The notes below the pieces were generated by a model that was given only the letters and a program-made list of their open reading frames with translations, was not told the DNA's origin and did no database searches. A program made the translations under genes and the position numbers. Below are positions 54,678 to 64,000 of a stretch of 64,000 bases of DNA, one piece after another. The stretch lies in assembly GCA_028534125.1 (NCBI GenBank), contig CM052816.1, forward strand, positions 45,200,001 to 45,264,000, given 5' to 3'. Source of the stretch: Lama glama (taxonomy: Eukaryota). The first letter of the stretch is position 1. Every line of letters begins with the position of its first letter.

Positions 54678-56734
54678 CTCAGCACTGTGTCCTTGTCAGT
54701 AAACATTTGGCAGAGTTTGACTTACGTTTCTCTAACCTTTTCCATCCCTGACCTGCTGCTGAGGCCGCCTGGGCACTTACTAGTAATAACACTGCCCTTG
54801 CTGAAGGGTCCGAAGTCCCAGCAAAGCCAAAATGCCACCACTCTCTGATGGCCTTGTGTATGGGAAGCCAATTGGTCTCGCTGGAAAAGATTTATTAGTG
54901 AGGAAAATCTAGAAGTCATATAACTGAATCAACTATTTACAACGCCAGGCCAAGGGAAAGAGTTCCAAGGGCCAAAGGAGAAGTGTGTGCGTGTGTGTGT
55001 GCGTGTGTGTTTTATCTACTAATGCAGGCTTTAAATTGGAGTGCACAGTTGATAAATATAAGGCATGATGTCTAAAGTCAAGGTAAGTCTTTGCTTCAAC
55101 CTGAAACTAGAGAGATTACATTTAGACTCCAGATTCAGGACAGTTGCCAGTTCTCTCATAAAGCAGCAGAGGCTAGCTTCTGGTGACACGCAGCATGACA
55201 CCGGCTGCAGGGCCAGGCGATAAGTTGGTAACACAGAGGCAAAGTACAATGAGGGGTGATTTTCAAAGTGCTTCAGGGCCCACAGCTGTAAGACGCCTGT
55301 TGACGACACAGCAGCGGTCCAGCTACATTTCTCCTGTTCACGCAGCTCGAAATCACAAGCAATCAACTCTTGGCTGACTTCAGGAATCCAGGGGCCTGCC
55401 TATGATTCCTTACAGCACCTGCCATGATGAACTGCCTCTAGGAATGTGCGCTGGCTTTCTGAAATCGTGCAACTCTGGATGTTTTATTCTTTCTTTTCGC
55501 CTTGTCTGAACTGGGAAATTCACCAGGTCTCCTTAAACAAACAAAACCCCAAATGCCCTGCTGAACACGACTACGTGGATTTTGGGGCTTTGTTTTCTCA
55601 ATGCAGAGATGGGTCCTTGTGTGTGGAAGTCATGCTGTCTCAGAGCATAATGTACACGGTTATCATGAGGATTACCAACTGAGTCCCGAATGCGTGAGAA
55701 TGATCAAGATAGATTAAAAAAAAAAGAGAGAGAGAGAGAGAATGGGCTGCAATCGAAACCAGATGTTGAAAGGGAAAGAAAAATGATAAGGAATTCCAGC
55801 TGATGACACAGAGATGGAGACAGGAAGAGAAAAAAGGGAACTACCAGTGGTTTTAGATGAATACAAACAGTGCTGAGTTCAGAGGGCCCCTCGATGGTAC
55901 CTTCTCTGGGATGGTGTAAGGATGAGACAACGTTCTTTCACTGCAGGCCTTGTCTGTGCAGCACCTGGAACTGCAAGTGCTTTGTGGATTCAGTTTAGCA
56001 AGTTCTCAGCACTGTGGGAGGGGCTGTGATTGGGAGACACATGGAAGATTTATAAATCATGGCCCCAGATTTCAAGATTATGCTCTGGATTACAATTTTA
56101 TTTTGTGCATTTACGTATTATTTATTTATAGTAAATTCCTTTTATGCTGTTCAGAGCTTACTCTCTGAGTCAGTGACAGTGGGAGGGGCAAGAGCATCCA
56201 TGATGATGGTTCTGTGTTCCAGCCAAATAAACTCCCTGGTGGCTGTCTTTGAACTTGTCTTCAAAGATGGAATGCAAGAGAACAGAATCAAGTATTTGCA
56301 ATGGTTAAGGTATCTACAAAAGAATGATTTTTTTTAAGAAGTTTTTTTAAAAAGGTTCTCGAAACTGTTCTACGCGATCTCATAACAATGTGGTGAAAAG
56401 ACTGCGTTCATGTCACCTCCCTACCCCACCCCAGGACCTTCTCAGCGCTATTCCCTTTTATTCTCCTTCATAAACGTCTTTCCAGCATGAAGCTTTCCCG
56501 TCTCGTACCTTTGCCCACCTCTTTCTTCTATCCAAAGAACCTGAAGAGTCTTTCCTGTTTTCCAAACTCATTCAGATCTGGAATCCTTCACAGAGCAGCT
56601 CTAGGGCCACATGTTTCATGAAGCCACCTCTGTCTTTTTTAGACTTTCCAGTGAACTTCTCTAATTATTATTATTATTGCTAAGAATAATTACAAATAAC
56701 ACTAGATCACAGTCATCACCATCACCATCACGGT

Positions 56735-56920
56735 AAGAATAACTCATACTTCTGAGCATTCTTTCCACTCCACAAACTTGGCCATGCTTTGCATATATTA
56801 TTTTGTTCATATTACTCAATCCTAAGTACTATTATTATCCCCATTTTCAGAGAGAGAAACTGACGCTTAAGAGAAATCAAGTACGTTTCCCAATGGTATC
56901 TAGTAAGTGGTAGAGAATTC
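56735..56920 (-). mobile_element. MIR SINE
   Basis: tactattattatccccattttcagagagagaaactgacgcttaagaga. Confidence 0.75.
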
Positions 56921-57432
56921 TTGGTCAGTGTCATCAATTTAGCATTTAACTATGAAGTCATCATTTGTGTCTATTTATTGCACAGTTATTGAAATATTTA
57001 AAATGTACTGTTTGGGCCAGGTGTTTTAGTAAAAAGCACAATTGAGGTGTCAATACAAAATGTACTCTTCCGTTAACCCCATGATTTCTATTTCAGGGTT
57101 CTGGGAGACTTATGAGATACCTGAGACTGAGCAAAGAGGAGCCTGAATAGCACCTACAAGTGAAGGAAGAAGAGTGAGAGCCCACAAGAGCACTGGGATG
57201 TCATCTGGGATGGGTGACTATTTGTCGGAAATCCAGGCTCACTTCCCAGACCATCATCTCTCTCAGGTTTTGCTTTTCCAATTTGAAATAAAAGAATAGC
57301 AGAAAACATGTGTACTTGTGAAAGTTGTAAAAAGAATGAATGGCAAAAGTGATGTCCCCAAAACTTTTCTGGTTCCCTACACAGAGCATTATTCATCTTT
57401 ATAAAGTTATGGAATAGAATCGTAAAGTTCTA

Positions 57433-57649
57433 TGTAGATACTGACATGCATATGCAGAATAGATAAACAAGATTATACGGTATAGCACAGGGAAATATAT
57501 ACAAGATCTTGTGGTAGCTCACAGTGAAAAAAATGTGACAATGAATATATGTATGTTCATGTATAACTGAAAAATTGTGCTCTACACTGGAATTTGCCAC
57601 TAGATTGTAAAATGACTATAGCTCAATAAAAAAAAGTTAAAAAAAAAAA
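57433..57649 (+). mobile_element. Relatively young short L1 3' end with poly(A) and TSD
   Basis: gtatagcacagggaaatata...gactatagctcaataaaaaaaagttaaaaaaaaaaa. TSD gtaaagttcta at 57422-57432 and 57652-57662. Confidence 0.88.
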
Positions 57650-60404
57650 CTGTAAAGTTCTAGAGCTAGTCAAGATATTGTCCGATTCCATTCGTTTTAT
57701 AGATGAAGAGATTCCAGCCTCATGACTTGTCAGAGTCACACAATTAGCTAGTGACGTATCTGTGCTTCCTAAGTTCAAAGCTGTTTTCACAGGTCATCGT
57801 GACTCATAAATACAGCTTATTTCATAGGCGTACAAGTCCATACATGTCTGTTTATACGTGGGTTACAGAGTCATACACTTGTAATTGATTTCTTTGTACA
57901 ATCGTATTCTTCAAAGACTGTTTTGGCCCCAAATGTAAAGGAATAGGAAAAGTGGAGGTCTTAAAAAGAAAATGTAGGGACATAGCAAGTCAACCATTCC
58001 AACCTGGGCTCCTTCATCCATAAGGTAAAGTAGTTGATTCAAGATCACAAAGTCAGTGAAGATCTGACAGAAGGATAAAACTACTTTTGGTGCCCAAGAA
58101 TTACCCAAGGTGTTATAGGGAAAGGAGCAAAAAGGCAATATATGCCATAGGAGATGATAACCCAGAGGAGCAGAAAACGAAGAAGGTTAGGCAGGGGCAC
58201 ATGACCACTGTAAGGAGAGGAAGGGAATTATAAGCAGTGTGTATACCAACAGAGAACAGTGCAGAGCCTCCCAGAATTCTGGATGTACAAAATGAGGTCT
58301 TCGAGAAACAGCTGGAATGAACCCTACAGATGTGAGGGGCAGTGGTGGCAGCCCAGGAAGATTCTTGGAACACGCACAGTGGCAGGCAGAGGGGTGAGCA
58401 CAGCCGTAACCACAGCATGGCCTCTTGCCCTCAGGTCAGCAAAGTGAGGCAGGAGAAAGGAACAATGTTCGTGAGCATCGAAGTCAGGGGTGTATATGAA
58501 TTTGATAATTCCCATCGATTAGTCAGCCCAGTTGGCGATTCAAACAAAGCCAGATTTCAAACAGATTTTATATTTGGCTTCTAGTCATTTTTGCATTAAA
58601 AATATGCATTCCATGCTTGAGAGAGAAGAGTACACGATGAAATTAAGGATCTAGGATGAGCGAAATGTGGTTTTGTTTTGGTAGAGATGACCTTTCTCTT
58701 TCTCTGACTCTACTTTTCCTAATAAAACATTTGATTTATATGGTTTAGAGGCATAAAAAAACAAACACTGTGGACTCTGTCCAAAGACCAAAGTACTAAA
58801 TTACAGTGTACTAAAAGAAACCTACCAGTTGCAAAACACTGTGGCTTTTATCAATTATATGTAAATAACATACTGAAGCATGGAGGAAGAGGACAAAAGG
58901 AGTATTTTACAAGTACACGTTATTAAAACCTACAAAAACTTGGGTGATAAATATAGCAAGTCCAGAAAATTTGCAGCAATGATTCAAAGGCAACAATTCT
59001 TCAAGATAATTCCTGCATTTGCAGCTCATGTCTGTATTATAGTAGTCTAACATTTTTCTGATAATTTAATTTTGAAGCGGAGCTCATGGGTAAAGAGCAG
59101 AACTGAGAAGGGGTTCTAGCACAGAACTTGCTAGAGTCAGCAGGGACTTGTAAGTCCTCGTTCACTTGTATGTAGCACAGTGCTTCATTACACTGAAGAT
59201 CATACACACGAAAAGTCATACTGCCAATGATGAGAGACATCCAAACACTCTCCATTAGGCTAGTATGTATTTGGAAATAACAAGTATTTTCTTGGATGTT
59301 TCCTCAAATCACTGAGACTAGTTTGGAAACGACTAAATTTGCAAATGGATAAAATTCAAGTAGATGTGAAAAGCTTTTGCAGATTTTTTTTCTATAATGA
59401 CTCCTTAGTTGGCTTCTTCTTCAGAAGAAAGCAAACCTTTAAAAGAGGATGAATGAGACTTTCTGAATAAAAGAAAAGCCAAAGGCTATGACAGAAAGTC
59501 AAATTTCACAAAAGTATCTCACAGGAATAAGATACTGAAAAACGTCCGCAGGGATGACCACTTTTGTAACATTTGTTTCAAGCATGAACATTTCTAAAAG
59601 ACCCAGAGAAATGTAAATGCATTATTATTAATTGTAATATTACTATGAATAAACTTAGTACTAATATAGAATTATTATAAGAAAAACTAAGAAAAAGCAG
59701 ATTTCTCACAGACTCAGAAACATCTAACTAAATTTTCATACTTGGGAAGAATAAAAAGGGACGTCTCCCTGTACAAATTCCCTTTAATTTTTATAGTGAA
59801 TTCTTCATGAAAAGTGGTTAACTTAAAAGCGTAGCATCTGTAATTCGGTAACATTCATAACTCTTACGAAATTCATTTAGTAAGACTCACAGTAATAGCT
59901 CTGTTACCCCCCGGGCTGTGAATCTGCTAGACTTCTAAGGGGAAAAGTATTTGAAGGCTTTCTGATAGAGATTCATGGGTAAATTTATTCAGTTTTTATT
60001 TTGCTTATCAGTCTTCATTGAAGAAAGAAAAAAACGCCTTTGAAAAACTTCCTTTGAGCGAATGCTCGGGTCACCGACGTAGCTCTAGTGGTCAGGCTAC
60101 ACGGCTCTGGCGATCTTTTTTTCTGCACTACGCCACTCAAGACTCCCCAGCTCTTCCTAACACTGAGGATGGAGCGGGCACTCAGTGACAACACACCACA
60201 TCTTCAGTACAAAGTGCTGCCGCCCCGTCGGCGGACAAGAGGCCGGACACGACCTCAAAGTGGAAGGAACGCAGCGAAGCAGAACGGAGACAATGGCTTC
60301 TCAAGCCCCAAATTCCCTGACTTCATTTTCAGAGTCACAGACGCACTGGGGACCTTGCTCCCTGGACTGAATACAGTCAGCGAATCCAAAGTTTCCATTC
60401 CGTT

Positions 60405-60432
60405 GCTGCTGCTGCTGCTGCTGCTGTTGCTG
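60405..60432 (+). repeat. (GCT)7 trinucleotide repeat with imperfect extension
   Basis: Seen directly; reads (CAG)n on the ADGRV1 pre-mRNA strand. Confidence 0.9.
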
Positions 60433-61564
60433 GCTATTCCATCCTTTCAGACGGCCTGTTTAGTCCTCGTTAGTGCTAAGCGTACCAAGTGTTTGTCTTC
60501 ACACGGCAACTAGCAATGAAGTGGAGAACAATAAGGCTAGAGACTCACAGTGTTTTCCTAGAAAAATGTTAACTGCACTGTGCTTTTGCTGCCATGTTTA
60601 AACTTAGTTGGTATTCTCTGAAAAGTAAAGTGCGTTAGGGATTCCAGAAAACACTGGATTCACGGACGGGGGTGTTACCAGAGGTTTGGGAAACCCACTC
60701 TACCTGGCCTGTTTAGCTCAATGCGTATGGCTTTCGGGTTTCCTTTACCAAGCCTCCTCCTGGATGCTTTGCGCCTGGGCCATGCAATCCAATGCTTGAT
60801 GTTTTCTAGCTCTGTCTTAGTCTTTGTGTCTCAGATGTAGGTTTTTCTATATGATATTTAAAAAGATTGACAGGCAGCTGGTCCAGGTGACAGGCAGTTC
60901 AGTTGCAGCAGCAGCTAAGAGCATGGGCTTTGGAGAGTGGTGGGGACAATGAGAAATGGGAAGAGAAAGTAAGGGATTTCTAAGGGAGCCACAGACATAC
61001 CACAAACTTCACACTTTTTTTTTTAGAGCTTTTGAGGGCAGGGGTCATGTTTTTTTATTTCTGTTTCAGCTTTCTCAGTGCTTACAAATGTCCTAAGCAA
61101 GCAACAGGAACCTGACTTGCTAAACTGACTTCATGTTCAAGGTCACTTCTATTTAGACTGGCTAAGTTACAGAACTAGGGAAAGGAAGGATGTCAGATGG
61201 CTTGTGGGCAGCACATTCCCCGTGGACCCTCTGTCTCATCTGGAGTCTGCTGGGCGACACTGCTGCCCGACAGACCCCTCAGTGAAGATCTTCAACTAAG
61301 ACAAAGAGAGACTCTTCTTTGAGAGGACATGACTTTATAGGGAACATCAGTGTTAAAATAGATAAACATTTGTTGAAACAAATTAATTTTTACAAGTGAA
61401 AGACAAGAAAACAGTAATTCATATGTTAATTATGCTTATGTATTCATTCACTTTGCCTCTTTATGCATTTTAATTTATCAAAAGTTCTAATTCGACAAGC
61501 ATTTGTTGAACAGCTACTCTAAGTACAACCTTCTGCTAAGGTTCTGTGGGATAAGTAAAATATA

Positions 61565-61880
61565 TGATACTAATGAGCTTGTTTATAAAACAGAAACAGA
61601 CTCACAGACAGAAAACAAGTTTATGGTTATCCAAGGCAAAAGGGGGTGGAGAAGGGATATATTAGAAGTATGGGATTAGCAGATACAAACTAATATATAT
61701 AAAATAAACATGACGGTTCCACTGTATAGCACAGGGAACTATATTCAATATCCTGTAATAAACCACAATGGGAAAGAATAGGAAAAAGAATATATATCTA
61801 TAAAACTGCATCACTTTACTGTACGCCTGAAACTAACACAACATTGTAAATCAACTGCAATGAAAAAAAAATTAAAAACC
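61565..61880 (+). mobile_element. L1 3' UTR fragment
   Basis: aaaacagaaacagactcacagac...ctgtatagcacagggaactatattcaatatc...acattgtaaatcaact plus A tail; homologous to the L1s at 15 kb and 45 kb. Confidence 0.85.
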
Positions 61881-61899
61881 TAAAAAGCAGCTAGTATCT

Positions 61900-62505
61900 G
61901 AGAGGCCAAGATCGTGGAGAGAAGCAAAATCCACTGAGTGGGAAGCCCTATATTCATTGCTGGTTTTTTTTGTTTTTTTTTAAAGGGAATTTTCCTCAAA
62001 GTGAGATGCCTAGGGGCCAAACAGAAAGTTGTAGCCTGGGACCTGCAGGAATCTAACTAGGCTGGGGAGACAAAAAATAGGACTGAAATCTACTAAAGCA
62101 ACCAGGACTTGAGGGGCCAAGACCCCAAAGGAAAAGGGAACCGTAAAGGCATTTGCCACTTCTGAAGCTGCCTGTGTGGGTTGAAAGGCTCAGAAACCAA
62201 GCAGAGAGCAGCTGCTCAGAGGCTCAACAGCTAAGCAGACACTTCAGCAGCTGCACGTACCAGGGAACGAAAAGACAAAGAGTCCAGAGCCTGCCGAGGA
62301 GGAGGAGTTCCAGAAAACACAACGGGCTTTCAGGTGAGTCACCTGGATCACCTGAATCAAACTTAGTTTGCCCCAAGAGAGGGGGCAAACCATAACTGGA
62401 TTAACCATCACTATACCTGAACCCCAGTTTCTACTAGACCAGGGTGATCAGCTCATATTCAATTTGGCTTCCAAAAGAAAGTGAAATCCTCTTCAGAGGA
62501 AGAAA
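61900..62505 (+). mobile_element. Possible old L1 5' UTR fragment
   Basis: General resemblance to recalled old L1M 5' ends; weak. Confidence 0.35.
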
Positions 62506-64000
62506 TTTGAACTAATTTTCATATAGGGTTGGCACACGGACTGCCACCTCTGAGAATTTACTTGCTAAAGCTTTTGTCTGGCCCACACGATGTTCGCTTT
62601 TCTCATCCGCATGCTTTTGGGAGGAGTCCGTACTGTCTGGGTCTTCCACAGTCCCCACCAATCTCTGTGGTCTCACAAGAGGCCCATTTTGCCCACCTAA
62701 AGTTACTGACTGGAAACTGAAGGCATTTCCTACACCCTGGAAAGCAGATGAGTGAGGACCACAGATCTATGTTCTAAACCAAGCACTATGTCAGTGATCA
62801 CAGGAGACTGCATGAGGGGAGCATCGGTGGGTGATGGACATCACTAAGAGGGAGGGCCAGTGGCGGAAGAGAGGATTTAAGGAGTGAGTTTACAAATCCT
62901 TGTGTAGCCTCTAATTTGCCTTTATGTGGCTTCTGAGACAAACATTTCTTCTTGTCCACGTACTCATTTATAGTACTTTACATTTGTAAAACATTACATA
63001 GTTTACAAATTATGTTTTTATATGCTACTTAGGACAAAACTTAGGGCAAGAATCACACCTCTGTTTGGAAAGCAAATAACTAAGGCTCAGAGAGGCCAAG
63101 TCCCTGGAAGAACAGAGACTGCACAACGCTCCTTCTAGTACACTTGACAGCTCAGTATTACAGAAGGTCATAAAATACACATATAAATCTACTCATGGAA
63201 AATGTATTCTCCTCATTCCAATATCTGCATAAGACATGAGATAAGAAGAAAATTTTAGACTCTGGAAAAATTATAAATTAACAGCAAGGCAAAGAATCTG
63301 AATGACTCGGTGAAAACTAGTCCCAAATGTTAACTGTCTGATTTGTTCTCCCAAAGCTGTTTTTACAAGGGGAGGCATGTGTCTTGCTTACTTTAATTCT
63401 TATAGGTTTGCTATTTCAAGAATCAGAGTGTTCTAAAATGTTTTCACATGTAAAGTGAAGGTCCACAGAGCCCAAAAGCATGCCACATGGTTAAAATGCA
63501 AAGCATGTGGTCATGGAGGCACAGGAAAGAACACTGAAATAGAAAAACCATGGAGTGAGAAACTAAGATAGGATCAGAGCAGGAGAAATGGAGACACCTC
63601 TTTTGCAAGGATAGAGCCAGGTATCAAAACACAGTCTATTCAAGCCCATCATTACTAAAACTGTATTCACAGAAGACACTCACTGGCAGATCAGATCCTG
63701 ACACTTTCATTTAGAGAACCCAGCACAAACAAAAGCAAAAATCCGGCAGCCTCTGAAGAGCGCTGCTTGGCCAATCAACAGGCTAACGTGAAGGTAATGT
63801 TAGATGCTGTCATTCATTTTCAAATGGAGTAAGAAGTTTTTTGCACGAGGACACAAAGATATTTCACCAGCCCAGATGCTACTGAACATTGAACAGAATG
63901 GCACAATCTAATCAAGACAATTTAAATACATCTCCTTGTCTGAGCTTCTGTATATTTATTTGTAAAGTTATAGAAATGCTCTGGGACGTTGTGAAGTGCA

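Overview
Mammalian genomic DNA, AT-rich and dense in interspersed repeats. It is probably camelid, because four tRNA-Ala-derived SINEs look like the camelid Vic-1 family. The window holds the 3' end of ADGRV1 (GPR98/VLGR1, the Usher syndrome 2C adhesion GPCR) on the minus strand. Three coding exons (28105-27914, 25596-25419, 17041-16923) have GT-AG borders, splice in frame, and encode TM7 plus the cytoplasmic tail ending in the PDZ-binding motif DTHL. A ~320-nt 3' UTR with two AATAAA signals follows. Positions 28106-64000 appear to be one long intron (I did not find the preceding exon), and 1-16590 is downstream intergenic DNA. The rest is mostly LTR, L1, L2, MIR, hAT-type and SINE remnants plus microsatellites; almost all listed ORFs are chance or repeat-derived. 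I found no convincing new biological system. The best leads are a ~167-bp intronic hairpin, a weak donor on the frame-symmetric TM7 exon, a twin-primed inverted L1, a SINE-L1 composite with an internal deletion, an unexplained coding-like island, and a few candidate regulatory patches. Repeat family names and human comparisons come from memory, not database searches, and repeat boundaries are approximate.
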